A stretch of DNA of 54,775 nt from an uncultured bacterium (GCA_964448115.1 CAYUVA010000031.1:1-54775); one strand, 5' to 3'. Counted from the first letter of the stretch, positions 19,379-30,616 are shown. A program made the numbers and translations. The notes: generated from the letters alone by a model not told the origin.

Positions 19379-22300
19379 TTATCTTTCTACATTCAGATAC
19401 GGCCACAGACCGCTAGGCTTCGCATGACTAGTCAGAAGAAATACCTCCAATAGGACATTAAGCGGCGAAATGCCAGACGGAATCTCTACTTGCAGACCGT
19501 AGATGCCGTCTCCAGCAGCGAAATCCCCCTGGGTGCCATCATCCAATAGCCTTATGCCGGTATCTGTTCCCTGATAAAAAAGCATTACATCTGCAATGCT
19601 CTCCAGATGCGAATTGAAAGCTACGAGTGTCATGGTTCCACCGCTGCCATCCAGATAAGTATCCAAGTAACCAGCCAATAAGACCTGGGGTATCCGAGGC
19701 TCAGCAGTGGCTGTCGGGGTAGGTGTAGGTGAACCGGTGAATGTGGGAGTAAAGGTCTCTGTCGAGACGGGGGTGCTGGTAACCACAGGTGTGGGCGTAT
19801 CGATAGTAACATCTCCGAAATCGACCAGCGTGCTTTCGGATTTCCTGGTTGTCCAATATGTTCCCAGGCACCAATCCTGTTGCCTTTGTGCAACTATCCA
19901 GCCAGGGAGGCTGTGGTAGTAGCAAGTCTGGGTGCCATCAACCGGGATATGCATGCTGCTTTGAGTCTCCATTACCTTGAAGGCGGTGTAGCCGTTGATG
20001 TACTCCAAGCCCAGGTACTGCCCGTCCATGCTGGCTGTATATGTCTCCTCGAAGGTGTCGCTGTAGCCCACGCCTGTGAAATCGCCGAAGATATAGACCT
20101 GGCGGTCATCCCCCCAATTGTACTCGCTGCCTATGGGGAAGCTGAACTCCCTAAGCGGCTCCCTGTATTCCTCCTTGATATTGATCTCTACTGGTCCCCA
20201 GTTCTCCAGGCCAAAGCCGATGTCAGCCCAAAGCTCGCCGTTTATCGACCTTCTCCTGTGCACCAGCGCAAGGTCGTCCTGCCTATACCATACCTCACCG
20301 CCCAGGTCCCCGTCGGTCATGCGCAGTTCAATCACATCCAAGGGACCAATGGATACATCGTATGCTTCCAGGCTCAACTTGCCGTCAACCTGCAGGACCC
20401 AGCACTTGTAGGAACCCATGCCCATCTCCTGCATCTTCATCGCGCTTTCAACCACCCGGTAGGTGGCGTTGATGCCGATCGTTCCCGGCCAGCGCATGGA
20501 AGCATCCAAGGCAAGCACAACATTGAGATCCTCCAGGTATGTCCACCAGTCCCCTGTTTGCCATTGCGGCATCTGGTTCAGTCCGGGGGTGGGCGTCTGG
20601 ATTATATCGGTGGGAGTGGCGGTCGGGGTTGGCGTGGATGTGGGGGTAACGGTCGGGGTGTCGGTGTGTTCCGGCGTCGGGGTCCTGGTGTAATAAGGGG
20701 TGGCGGTGGGCGTGTGCAGGCTGTGGAGCATCTCCGCCTGGTAGGGCAGGTAATTGTGCGCGCTGACCGTAAGCGTGATATCACCGCTGCTGGCAGTGTC
20801 GAACTGTAGGTAACACAAGCCGTTGAGATCGGTGGTTCCGCCGGCAAGGAATTCCCCGTCCTGGAACAAGCCCACCCTGGCGCCCGGGATGGCTCCCCCT
20901 TTCTCGCTATCCAGCACCTCCACCTGCACCAGGTTGCTCCCGCTGTAGAATTGAGACGGATGAAACACCGTAAGGTTAGACGGCTTATCGGTCATTATCC
21001 ACAAGGCAGGCTCTCCGAGAAGGTTGAACACGAAATGGGTGTAGCGATCCGGGTGGTCCGGCGTGAACGCATTGTCCATGAAGAGGGTCTTGGCGAGGGC
21101 GAACATCGCCCCCGCATTGTAGTTACCCAGGATAAAAAGGCTTCGCCAGACCTTCTCGTCGATCAGCATACCGCTGGGAAAGCCGATACCGATCTCCGAG
21201 TTGCCCATGAACAGCACCCCTCCGCCGAGCGGGTTGTGCAGCCACGGCTCGGCAACGCAGTCCTCCTGGAAGCTGCCGTTGTTACAGGCGCAGGTGGCGA
21301 AGATCGAATACCTCCCCGTGTTGGTCAAAACGCTTATGTCATCGCCGTCCAGGTAGCAGAATGTGTTGTTGGAGCCGTGCCCCAGGTGATTGACTATATG
21401 CTTGCCCGCGTTCAGCTCGGCAAGCTGCCGCTGGGGAGTGTTCGGATAAGCGTCCGGGTAGTTGTAGTAATCATCGTACAGCTTGAGGATGGGATGGAAC
21501 TGCTCAGGGAAGTTGTTTGCCATCGGGTTCTTGGCAACGCTCGAATACACACCCGAGTGCCCGGTATAGTCGGCTACGAATAGTGCATCGGTCTGGTAGT
21601 TAAGGTCTGGCGAGATCTCGTAGGTCAAGACCTTCTGGACGAAGTTGCCTACCTGGGTCTGGTCATCCAACGGCGCCCTTGCCACGAATAGATCCGGATA
21701 CATATCAAGCTCATCTTCTATCTGTCCATACTCTCCATCTCCATTCGCATCCCAGTCCCCATCGAGGTCGGTAAAATATAAGTCGGTTGCGATCCAGGCT
21801 TCATGCTCATATACATCAGGCACAACCGCTCGACACCATATCTCCCGGTGCGGAACCAGCTCCACATCACCACCGAGAAGAAGATAGGTGATGCCCAGCG
21901 TCTCCACCTGGTCCTTTATATAGTTGCGCAATCGCTCAGCATCATCACGCCCCTGGTAGTTCGCCTCTATCCATTGCATGGTCTGCACTACCGTCTTCAA
22001 TCCCATTTTGTTTCTCCAATCGACCAGCGGTTGCCAGGCATCGACCAAGGATTCATCGGTCACAAGCAGGTAATCTGCCCAGTCATCCTTTTCGCTTTGC
22101 TCTTCACTACTTATCACACGGTCGATAACCTGCGGATTTACCACCACGCTCTTAGCCTGTCTCGCCCATAAGGCTCTTGGTCTTGGATGAAGCATCAAGA
22201 TGGATGCTAGCTCACCGGCTGAAAACCCCTCATAATCGATCTGGATGCAAAGCTCTCGATGAAAGAGCGCTTCCCTGGATATCGGGTTGTATTGAATGGG

Positions 22301-22771
22301 GAATACCCTGATGGTTGCGATGTAGATCCCCCCGAGATTTCCGCTGCCAACTAGCTTGATTGGCTGGTTCGGAAATAGCCTATCCTCTGAATATATACAC
22401 AAGATAAGGCTGGGATCGACCTTGGGGAGCATTTCGGGGCTGTTTATGCTCAGGTCGAACTCGATGGTCTGACATGGATAGATGGAATAGGTTCCGGGGA
22501 GCCTTTCGGTTATAGCCTCGTGGAGTTTAATCTGGGTTATCTTCGCAGGCTCAGGCAAGGCGACATTTATGGTTCGATAAGGCAGGTACGGCGAGGCGAT
22601 CTTTTTTATGTACTCGCAGCCATCTACTGTCAAAATATCGTATCCAGCAGCCTTGATTGCCTTTGGATACGATGAGAACTCGACCTCCACGCTCACCTGC
22701 CCACCCCATGATACAGTAAAGGGTACCAGCAGAAGGCAAAGCAGAGTTACTGGGATAATTTTATATTTCAT
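19379..22771 (-). CDS. Gingipain-like C25 cysteine protease (propeptide, catalytic domain, Ig-like domain, Thr/Pro linkers, C-terminal GY/WPYL module)
   Basis: Signal peptide; YLLLGGD, TDLYFTDLDGDWD, NHLGHG (His), ATCACNNG (Cys), FNLLGEP. Confidence 0.9.
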   Translation of the reverse strand: MKYKIIPVTLLCLLLVPFTVSWGGQVSVEVEFSSYPKAIKAAGYDILTVDGCEYIKKIASPYLPYRTINVALPEPAKITQIKLHEAITERLPGTYSIYPCQTIEFDLSINSPEMLPKVDPSLILCIYSEDRLFPNQPIKLVGSGNLGGIYIATIRVFPIQYNPISREALFHRELCIQIDYEGFSAGELASILMLHPRPRALWARQAKSVVVNPQVIDRVISSEEQSEKDDWADYLLVTDESLVDAWQPLVDWRNKMGLKTVVQTMQWIEANYQGRDDAERLRNYIKDQVETLGITYLLLGGDVELVPHREIWCRAVVPDVYEHEAWIATDLYFTDLDGDWDANGDGEYGQIEDELDMYPDLFVARAPLDDQTQVGNFVQKVLTYEISPDLNYQTDALFVADYTGHSGVYSSVAKNPMANNFPEQFHPILKLYDDYYNYPDAYPNTPQRQLAELNAGKHIVNHLGHGSNNTFCYLDGDDISVLTNTGRYSIFATCACNNGSFQEDCVAEPWLHNPLGGGVLFMGNSEIGIGFPSGMLIDEKVWRSLFILGNYNAGAMFALAKTLFMDNAFTPDHPDRYTHFVFNLLGEPALWIMTDKPSNLTVFHPSQFYSGSNLVQVEVLDSEKGGAIPGARVGLFQDGEFLAGGTTDLNGLCYLQFDTASSGDITLTVSAHNYLPYQAEMLHSLHTPTATPYYTRTPTPEHTDTPTVTPTSTPTPTATPTDIIQTPTPGLNQMPQWQTGDWWTYLEDLNVVLALDASMRWPGTIGINATYRVVESAMKMQEMGMGSYKCWVLQVDGKLSLEAYDVSIGPLDVIELRMTDGDLGGEVWYRQDDLALVHRRRSINGELWADIGFGLENWGPVEINIKEEYREPLREFSFPIGSEYNWGDDRQVYIFGDFTGVGYSDTFEETYTASMDGQYLGLEYINGYTAFKVMETQSSMHIPVDGTQTCYYHSLPGWIVAQRQQDWCLGTYWTTRKSESTLVDFGDVTIDTPTPVVTSTPVSTETFTPTFTGSPTPTPTATAEPRIPQVLLAGYLDTYLDGSGGTMTLVAFNSHLESIADVMLFYQGTDTGIRLLDDGTQGDFAAGDGIYGLQVEIPSGISPLNVLLEVFLLTSHAKPSGLWPYLNVER

Positions 22772-23222
22772 CCATCAACTCCTGGCGATTATACTGATGG
22801 CTTTTTCACTTAGCTTATTACCGCATTATCAGGCAATTTTCTAATCCGAAGCCATTCATTGTTACTGCTTGATTATTATCAATTCTTGCCACTAATCGCA
22901 AATCGCCAGTATCTTGGCAGTTTTTGATTTTTTATCCGAAGACCTGGATAAAAAAGATAACACGAAACAAATGAGCCTCTTTCACGAATATTTTTGTCGA
23001 TGGTCTCATCAGTGATCCTTGAACATTAAATAAAGGCACCTGATCGATTTCACCATGTGAAATACTATAAGCTCATAGTTTTTAAGGCAAATTCACCTCT
23101 TTTACATACCTATCCATAGTCTCTTACAAAAACACCGACTCGCACCCCCAAAAACCACACTAGGTCGCCAAACGGAATAAAGCATCAACCGTCAAAACAG
23201 CTCTTTTTAAGGGATTCAATCG

Positions 23223-23351
23223 ATGCTCAACAAGGAAGCAATTCGGAGATTAGCGAACATCGATGTTTCAGCTAAAGAGATTGTTGATTTTTGCCATCAT
23301 TGGAATATCATTGAACTATCACTTCTTTGGCGTTTATGTTATGAGTTATAG
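23223..23351 (+). pseudogene. Remnant of a minimal nucleotidyltransferase (MNT antitoxin-like)
   Basis: MLNKEAIRRLANIDVSAKEIVDFCHHWNIIELSL resembles MNT N-termini (I..FC..W.I.ELSLFGS). Removing one base restores SLFG; similarity then ends. Confidence 0.55.
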
Positions 23352-23380
23352 CAGTTTGTCCTAATTGCAATGAGGCACTA

Positions 23381-25015
23381 GTGAATAAACGGCTAATACT
23401 CATCCTGTTGTTTATCTTTACCTTCTCGCTCTTTCTAAGGCTCTGGAACCTTAACAGATACGGCTTTATATACCAAGGAGTCTATCATCGAAGCGCTGCT
23501 GATGTTGCCTATTCTCCTTTCATGTTCGCAGATGCAGTCATCTACCTGCTAAGGGCACAGAACATGGCTTGCGGGCAGGGCTTTGGCTTTCCTCTCCAGC
23601 CACCCATGTACAGCTTCTTTCTGCTCACTCCCCTTTTGTTGGTAAACAAGGTAGTATTTGCGAAGCTGCTTAATATTATATTTTGCAGCTTAACTCCATG
23701 CTTGGTTTACCTTATCTGCTTGAGATTGGGGCTTAGGCTTACTGCTTTACTTTGCAGCCTTTTATGCGCCACCTCACTTGCTTCTATTATACTTAGCGTA
23801 ACCTTGAATCCAGAGGGCTTCTATAGCACCCTGATATGCATCTTGCTTCTGGTGTTATATTCGATCAACCACGGTGTTTTATATCGAAAGGCTGCTTTAA
23901 TAGCTCTGATAGGCTCTATGATCATCCTAACTCGAAGCGAGTTCGTGCTAATTTACCTTGTTATCACCGTTTGGTTGCTCGCTGGTAGCACTGATTTAGC
24001 TCGATGGAAGATTATGCTGATTTGCATAGCAGTGCCGGTACTGGTAATCATGCCCTGGACGGTGCGTAACTATCTATTCTTCAAGGAATTCAATAAAAGG
24101 ATCGATGAAAGACTGCCTAAGCTAGTAATTCTCTCCAGCAATGGACCGATCAACTTCTATATAGGGCACAATCCATTGGCTAACGGAAGGTTCAACCAGG
24201 AGGTTACCACAGAAACACTGAATCTAGCTGATCGCAAGTTCAGGAGAATCTACTACAATGGTTATCGTTTGGGCTTATCCTGGGCGCTGGAGCATCCGAG
24301 ATGGGAGATCAAGTTGGCTATGAAAAAGATAGCAGCATTCTTTGAGGGATTCAGTCTGGGATTCTTTAACAGCAACCTGCCGCTAGATGGCAAAAAACTG
24401 GAGGGCTATCGGTACAAGGGAGACTCGATGATACCCCAAAATCCTGTTATCGCTTATATTCTAGTGCCATTGGCTCTGATCGGTTGGATCTTCGCTATTC
24501 TCAGGAAGAATAAGGAAGTGATTTTAATAGGAGTAATGATCGCAGCAGCCGCAGTGGTGAATATTGCATTCTTCGGATTGGCAAGATCGGCAATGGCTAT
24601 GCTGCCTTTAGGCTTCATCATAAGTTGTTATGCAATGGAAACATTTTATATTAGGCTTCCAATGATCTTTATGAAGCAAAAAACAATTAACTATCTTATC
24701 GTAGTGATATTCTTGGTTTTGCTGATATTCGATTGTATCATTACATATTCACCTCGAGTGGTAGTCTCTTCTCAAAAACAAAGTGGACTAGAGATAATCG
24801 AGTCCATACCAACCTTGAGTCGTTCTCTAAACCTCACCCCTAAAGCCTCCCAAGACCTATTCAGAGGTCATCGCCATATACACCAGAACCAGATATATGT
24901 CTGGGGGGATCCGGCAATGCCCATAATTCTTGGATTCCCCCCTGAGCGGGAATCACAGAACTATGGAAATCGCCACCCTTCTTGTCATGCCCGCCCAGCA
25001 CCAAGTGCGGGGTAA
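23381..25015 (+). CDS. ArnT/GT39-like membrane glycosyltransferase; 3' end runs into a repeat element
   Basis: DAVIY..A.NM, PPMYSFFL, PWTVRNY and NGPINFYIGHNP motifs. The last ~30 codons are repeat-derived. Confidence 0.72.
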   Translation: MNKRLILILLFIFTFSLFLRLWNLNRYGFIYQGVYHRSAADVAYSPFMFADAVIYLLRAQNMACGQGFGFPLQPPMYSFFLLTPLLLVNKVVFAKLLNIIFCSLTPCLVYLICLRLGLRLTALLCSLLCATSLASIILSVTLNPEGFYSTLICILLLVLYSINHGVLYRKAALIALIGSMIILTRSEFVLIYLVITVWLLAGSTDLARWKIMLICIAVPVLVIMPWTVRNYLFFKEFNKRIDERLPKLVILSSNGPINFYIGHNPLANGRFNQEVTTETLNLADRKFRRIYYNGYRLGLSWALEHPRWEIKLAMKKIAAFFEGFSLGFFNSNLPLDGKKLEGYRYKGDSMIPQNPVIAYILVPLALIGWIFAILRKNKEVILIGVMIAAAAVVNIAFFGLARSAMAMLPLGFIISCYAMETFYIRLPMIFMKQKTINYLIVVIFLVLLIFDCIITYSPRVVVSSQKQSGLEIIESIPTLSRSLNLTPKASQDLFRGHRHIHQNQIYVWGDPAMPIILGFPPERESQNYGNRHPSCHARPAPSAG

Positions 25016-25510
25016 ACTCCGGCGGGAGTACAGTAATCACGGGAAGTGATAGAGTGATAGAGACATATTGAACCACAAAGGCACAAAGAGGAAGTGATAC
25101 CCTGATACCGTGATAAGGTGTTACCATTGTAGGAGCGCTGTTTAAGGGCGCGACTTCCTTCTCCAAGCATTGATTGTAAGCGAGCGGTCATTCAAGGCTT
25201 TAGGCTTCGGGAGAAAGGAAAGAGGATCACGCAAAGACGCAAAGAGGAAAGTGATACCGTGATAAGGTGATAGAGGAGAGGAAAGACCCTCAACCCAGCC
25301 CTCTCCCAGCGGAGTCTGTCTCAAAATGTCCAAGAAGTCCCATACCCTGTCATTCCGAGCGAGTGAAGCTCTGGCGAGCGAGTCGAGGAATCTCTCCCCC
25401 CTTCTCCCTCCAAACTTGGGGAAGGGGGCGGGGCATGGGGCTTCTCATCCTTCCTTTCTTTGCGTCTTTGCGTGAGCGTCTTTGCGTGCTCGTCCTTCCT
25501 TTCCTTGCGT
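24927..25510. repeat. Composite palindromic intergenic repeat (MITE/REP-like), longest copy
   Basis: Modules ATTCCC-N7-GGGAAT, TGTCAT.CCCGCC...GGCGGGA, GTGATAGAGTGATAG, CCACAAAGGCACAAAG and CCCAGCCCTCTCCC; colinear with 51056-51340. Confidence 0.85.
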
Positions 25511-26705
25511 TCTTTGCGGCAAAAGGGATCTGCCGTTGGATCAATATAAATCGGTGCTGCACAAGCCTGAAATCATCGCTGATATACTTAGCGGCAAACC
25601 AGTGCCACCACCGGGGCTTTATCCGCCACCAGGTCTATTCTTACACGGCTGGGGCGAGACCTTCCAGACCGATAAGAATGAATATCATATAACACTGCAA
25701 GTCTCGGACCAGAAGAAGGTGAACAAGGTGCGCATCTATGTCAACAGCATATTAAAAGTGGAAAAGGAGATCAACGCCAACGAAATGGATCTAAATATAG
25801 TAGTTCCGCTAGTACCGGGCATGAACCGCATCACGCCGATAGCCTTTAACCACCAGGGCGCGACCAGCTACCCGTGGTATCTCGATGTCGATTGCCGCTC
25901 CAAGACCGGTGAAAAGCCGAATCTCTATCTCTTTGCTGTCGGCGTCAGCGATTATCCGAATCTTCCCAAGTCCATGCAGCTCGAGGCCCCGCACCGCGAT
26001 GTGACCGCGCTAGCCGACTATTTCGCCAGGCAAAAGGGGATATTCTATAAGGAAGTCTATGTCAGCGAGCTGGTCAACCAGGAGGTCACGGTTGAGCGGA
26101 TAATCGAGGTTCTCGATGTAATGCCTGCCATAGATGATGGCGATGTTGCTATCATCTTTCTCGCCGGTCACGGCGTCAAGGATGCTGATAGTGGGAAGTT
26201 CTACTTCCTGACCAGCGCGGGGAGCCTTGATACTTTTGAAACTTACGGCTTGGACTGGGATCTTTTGGGTGAGAAGCTGTCGAAGATCAAGGCGAGGACT
26301 ATCTTGCTTCTCGATGCCTGCCACGCTGGAGCTATAAGCCAGGAGAGCATGCTCAGCAACGAGGATCTTGCTGCTCGTATGGTTCAAGCCGGTCGTACTG
26401 GCGCCATAATCTTCAGCGCCTCTAAGGGGACGCAGGAGGCGTTGGAAAGCCCGGATCTAGGGGAGGGACACGGCTTCTTTACTTATGCGATCCTGGAGAC
26501 CTTGGGCGCAGAACGTTTCATCAAGCGGGGTGAGAAGGAGGCTCCGCCAATGATTATCGATGGCAATAACAATGGTCTGCTCGAATTTAGCGAGCTGGTT
26601 GACTATGTTATTCATCGGGTCGATGAGCTTACCGCCGGTTACCAGACTCCGTTTGTGGCTCGGATGGAGCTATTCGGCGACTTCCCGGTTGCAAAGCTGG
26701 AGTAA
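25482..26705 (+). pseudogene. Caspase-family (C14) domain protein, probably 5'-truncated
   Basis: LYLFAVGVSDY, FLAGHG, LLLDACHAG and GHGFFTYAIL. The called start lies inside the repeat and no signal peptide is present. Confidence 0.7.
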
Positions 26706-26713
26706 TCAATTTA

Positions 26714-29700
26714 CTACGGATTGTAATGGGGGACGACCAGGTACGGCCAGGGGGCGCTGATGATGCCGCCGACATTAGTTGCCCTCACCTGGAATAAAAA
26801 CTCCTGGCTTGAAAGCGGTTCCACCTGAATCGGCTCCAAGCCATATAGACCTGCTTCAATATCTATCGGTTCAAGCACAACCCCGGTTGCCTCGCCTTGA
26901 TAATAGATCTCGACCCTATCTACGGCTGCGCCTTGGGGATCTTCGACAACCACCTGCATTGCCAGATAGCCGACGCTCCCCGCCTTGAGATTGGTCCCCA
27001 TGTACCCACCGAGCGTGATTCGAGGTGGCTGGCGGATTACGACCGTGGCAGTTGGAGTGCTGGTCGGCAAGCCAGTCGGAGTCTCTGTGGGGGTCGGCGT
27101 GCTGCTGTAACGGGGCGTCTCCGTGGCAGTGGGGGTCTTGGTCGGGATATCGGTTGCAGTTGCAGTCGCGGTTGGTGTGCTGCTGGGGAGCATGGTCGGG
27201 GTAGAGGTATCGGTAGCGGTTGGAGTACTCGAAGCAGTCCCTGTCGGCGTGCTAGTAGGGATTGCCGTCTCCGTGGGAGTGAGCGTCGGGGTGCTGGTTC
27301 GCGTGCAGGTGTTGGTTGGGGTGGATGTGGGGATGTCTGTTGGCGTAGAGGTAGCGGTTGGCGTTGGGCTTGCTGTCGGAGTCCTGGTCGGGGTGGAAGT
27401 AGGCGTTGAGGTCAGATCCGGCGTGTCGGTCGGCGTCCGTGTCCAGGTTGGAGTCCCTGTCGGCGTAGGCGTCCTGGTAGGCGTATTGGTCATGGTCGCG
27501 GTCGGGGTGGGAGTGTAACAATCTCCATCCAGCATCTGCTGAATCCTTATATCATCAATATTCCACCCGCAGTAGCTCCACATGTAGTCGGTGGGTCCCA
27601 TACCCCAGCGCACTTTTACCATAGGATAGCCATCGACATAAGCGGAGATATCGTACTCTTGATATATCCACTCCCCGTCGTCTATGGTAGAACTAGGGTT
27701 CTCCCAAACCAGGTTCCATGATTCTCCGTTGTCATTGGATACCTCTATGAATGCGCGATCATAGATGTTCTGTTCCACGCCGAGCCAGCGATAGAAGCTC
27801 AGCATCGTCCCGGTGCCATTGCTGCAATCTATGGTTGTCGAGGTAAGCCATCTTGTGCTCGGAATATTATGTTCATAACCTCCCTGTAGATTATAGCCAT
27901 ATACATTGCTCCCCGTGTAGCCCGATGTTGGGTCCGGATCGCCATGATCTCCGGACCCTCCACTCGGCGTGCCGAATCCCCAGCCGGTATCCATGCTGAA
28001 TCCTGCATCATCATCCAGGGTCGCCTCGAAGATGTAGGCAAGCCCGGCGTTGTTGGTGCTAAATGATAGGCAGCCACTCTGGCTGACATTACCCGCCGGG
28101 TCGCTGCTGCTTACCATAAAATAGTACTCGGTGCAGGAGCTTAAGCCACTGATGAGCACACTGTGCTCGGTGGTCAGCGCAACATTTGTAATATTGAGAT
28201 CGAGCGAGTCGCAGCTTGAGCCATAAAAGACTCGACTATCTGCCGGCTCATCGGTGTTCCATTGCACGGTTGCAGTCGATGCGGTTATGCCGGTTACTTG
28301 CAAATCGGTAATCTGCGGAGGATTGCAATCGACCGTGCCCGCATCGCATATCCATTCGGCTCCATCCCCAGTATCCTGGTCATAGTAGCAGGCGCGCACC
28401 GAATAGCCATCCGAGACATCGATGGTGCCGTTTTCGTTGGCAGGAGCCTGGTTGGCTATGGGGATACTCCCCTGGAACCAGCCATCGCCGCTACCGCTAA
28501 GGCTCAGCGTTTCGCTGTCGTAATCCCAACTGCTTCCTCCATCATCGGAGACGGTCAGGGTTACATCGTGGCTTGTATCTCCCTCAAGATCCACATCATA
28601 TACTGTAACCATGATACTCTCGGCGCAGGAGTAGAGCGAGCTATCGATCTGCAGGCTGCCGCGATGATCCACATAGCCTGCCACCGACATCTGTGGACAG
28701 CCGAAGAGCAGAAGCTCATAAGAGACCCAGCGGTTTGCGCCATAGCTCAAATAGCCGATATTATCTTCCTTGGAGTCAGCGTTCATTATCCCGAACTGCC
28801 TTATGCCCTCGGCAAACATCGCATCAAAGAACTGCCTATCGTAATACTGCGATGAGCCGTTGGTGCTCTCGTGCATCCCCCAGCCATACCTGCTGTTGCC
28901 GATAAAAACCACCGGACCATGATCATCGTTGGTGAAGTGCTCCAGGATACAGTCCGCGGAGCCGTAGTATCCGTTATCCCCGCGATTATCAATCGACCCG
29001 TCATAGCACCCCTGCGAGTATGCCCAAAATAGCTTTTCATTGGTAAGTGCATCAGCATCCGCGTTGTACATTCTCATGCAATACTGCACATTCGAGTGCC
29101 CCAGGTGGTTGATCACATGCAGGTAATCAGCATTTATCTTGTTTATTAGCGTGGTCTTTGTCCAGTCTGGGTTCATATCCCGGTCGTACATGGTCTCCAC
29201 GCTCCACCCCGGCTCAGCAGCAAAGCCAGCGGTAGTGTATCCCCATGAGCTGGAGCCGTCCTTTATCTCGTCCTTGTAATCCCCGCCGTAAGTGGGATCA
29301 TCCCATAGAAGCTCGCCAACCATGATGGCATTCTTTAGATAATCTAACTCGTAGTCGAGCTGCTCGTACTGCAGTTGCTTGCGGATGAAATTATCCAGCT
29401 CGGTCTCGTTATCGACCGCAGCCCTTCCCACATATACCTCGAACAGGTGATCCACATCGCCGCCGCCGATGCCATCGTTGCTCTCTCCCCAGCGGCTGTC
29501 CCCGTCGTTGTTGTAGTTGCCATCCAGGCAGCCGTAGTAGTTATCGGAGGGGATGTTGGTATCGGTCTCGCCATACCCGGTGGCGGTCAAGCCCCTGATG
29601 GGGACGATGTTATCCCCGCTCTCTCCGCCGACATCAGCGCCGTCCGCATCGCCACCCAATAGTACGAATCGGGTATTGAAGTTCTCGTAGGCATGTATGA

Positions 29701-30616
29701 TAAAATTCCTTATCTTCTCCTGATTGTCAACGCCGCTGAAGTTGCTGTATATCCAGTTGGTCGTGTAGATGGCTGCGCTAACTCCGCGGCTGATCTTGAA
29801 ATCCCGCAGATCCTGGAATCGATGTTCACTTCCAGCGTTCAAAAGAATAAAGCTGGTTATTATGATATACTCGTACTGTTGTTTGGGCGCTGCGCCGAGC
29901 CTGCTATCCCGCTTGTAGCCATCGACTTCCTCAGCGTTCAAAACCAGCTTCTTGACCAGCTCCCGATCCGCCTTCAATCCGCGGCAGGGAAGAACTCCTT
30001 GGGGCAGCTTATCCATCGGTTCAAGCTCGATTTCCAAGCGGATGCGCTTGTAATAGTAAACCTCTCCCCTTGCCGGCAGGTACTTGACCGGGCAGACATT
30101 GATATAAAGTATCTGGTAGCCCGTCTTCCATTGGACTATATGCTTGAGCAGCGGATCTGCGGGATATGGCGACTCAAGGCGGTATATCTCACCAGATGGC
30201 TCGACATAGACCGGTTTTGCATCGCGCTTGCTAAGTGGAACCTGCGGCTGGTGCGGATAAATAGTGATCCCTTGCGCCAAAATGTCCTGTCCATCGGCTC
30301 TCAGGGTTATCTTGGCGCTCTTTTTACCTTGCGGTATCAGTATTGGCATCGAAATGACCGGTAGCTCCGGGTAGCCAACCTTTTCGGCTACGTTGGGGAC
30401 ACCGGGGATGATGATTTCTTGATATTGATAATCCTTGTTGTTTGCATAGTCCTTGATCGTGCGTTCTGCGATGCTTGGTTGCTCGAACTCGACCTCGGCG
30501 ATTATAAGATCATCACTTATTGTGGTGAGGTTGACCCTTTGCGATATGTCGGCTCCACTGGCGAGATGAGCAATAAAAAGGATTAATGCAAGCGAGATGA
30601 GAACTGATTTTTTCAT
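26714..30616 (-). CDS. Second gingipain-like C25 protease with FN3-like and jelly-roll domains, long Thr/Pro linker and C-terminal GY/WPYL module
   Basis: Signal peptide; [30 protein letters not shown] (His), YSQGCYDG (Cys), [21 protein letters not shown]. Confidence 0.9.
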   Translation of the reverse strand: MKKSVLISLALILFIAHLASGADISQRVNLTTISDDLIIAEVEFEQPSIAERTIKDYANNKDYQYQEIIIPGVPNVAEKVGYPELPVISMPILIPQGKKSAKITLRADGQDILAQGITIYPHQPQVPLSKRDAKPVYVEPSGEIYRLESPYPADPLLKHIVQWKTGYQILYINVCPVKYLPARGEVYYYKRIRLEIELEPMDKLPQGVLPCRGLKADRELVKKLVLNAEEVDGYKRDSRLGAAPKQQYEYIIITSFILLNAGSEHRFQDLRDFKISRGVSAAIYTTNWIYSNFSGVDNQEKIRNFIIHAYENFNTRFVLLGGDADGADVGGESGDNIVPIRGLTATGYGETDTNIPSDNYYGCLDGNYNNDGDSRWGESNDGIGGGDVDHLFEVYVGRAAVDNETELDNFIRKQLQYEQLDYELDYLKNAIMVGELLWDDPTYGGDYKDEIKDGSSSWGYTTAGFAAEPGWSVETMYDRDMNPDWTKTTLINKINADYLHVINHLGHSNVQYCMRMYNADADALTNEKLFWAYSQGCYDGSIDNRGDNGYYGSADCILEHFTNDDHGPVVFIGNSRYGWGMHESTNGSSQYYDRQFFDAMFAEGIRQFGIMNADSKEDNIGYLSYGANRWVSYELLLFGCPQMSVAGYVDHRGSLQIDSSLYSCAESIMVTVYDVDLEGDTSHDVTLTVSDDGGSSWDYDSETLSLSGSGDGWFQGSIPIANQAPANENGTIDVSDGYSVRACYYDQDTGDGAEWICDAGTVDCNPPQITDLQVTGITASTATVQWNTDEPADSRVFYGSSCDSLDLNITNVALTTEHSVLISGLSSCTEYYFMVSSSDPAGNVSQSGCLSFSTNNAGLAYIFEATLDDDAGFSMDTGWGFGTPSGGSGDHGDPDPTSGYTGSNVYGYNLQGGYEHNIPSTRWLTSTTIDCSNGTGTMLSFYRWLGVEQNIYDRAFIEVSNDNGESWNLVWENPSSTIDDGEWIYQEYDISAYVDGYPMVKVRWGMGPTDYMWSYCGWNIDDIRIQQMLDGDCYTPTPTATMTNTPTRTPTPTGTPTWTRTPTDTPDLTSTPTSTPTRTPTASPTPTATSTPTDIPTSTPTNTCTRTSTPTLTPTETAIPTSTPTGTASSTPTATDTSTPTMLPSSTPTATATATDIPTKTPTATETPRYSSTPTPTETPTGLPTSTPTATVVIRQPPRITLGGYMGTNLKAGSVGYLAMQVVVEDPQGAAVDRVEIYYQGEATGVVLEPIDIEAGLYGLEPIQVEPLSSQEFLFQVRATNVGGIISAPWPYLVVPHYNP
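27040..27515 (-). repeat. Thr/Pro-rich low-complexity coding repeat, ~155 aa
   Basis: [17 protein letters not shown]... tract. Shorter tracts lie at ~12800-12900, ~18440-18630, ~19700-19800 and ~20575-20715. Confidence 0.9.

Noticed and set aside
22970-23220. Possible IS end or transposase stub
   Set aside because: No matching second end or convincing translated motif was found.
24861-25692. Several short ORFs over the repeat cluster (also 46268-46489 and 51058-51448)
   Set aside because: They are translations of repeat DNA and resemble each other only for that reason.
27123-27518. Val/Gly-rich ORFs (also 19707-19919 and 20463-20693)
   Set aside because: Antisense shadows of the Thr/Pro linkers.
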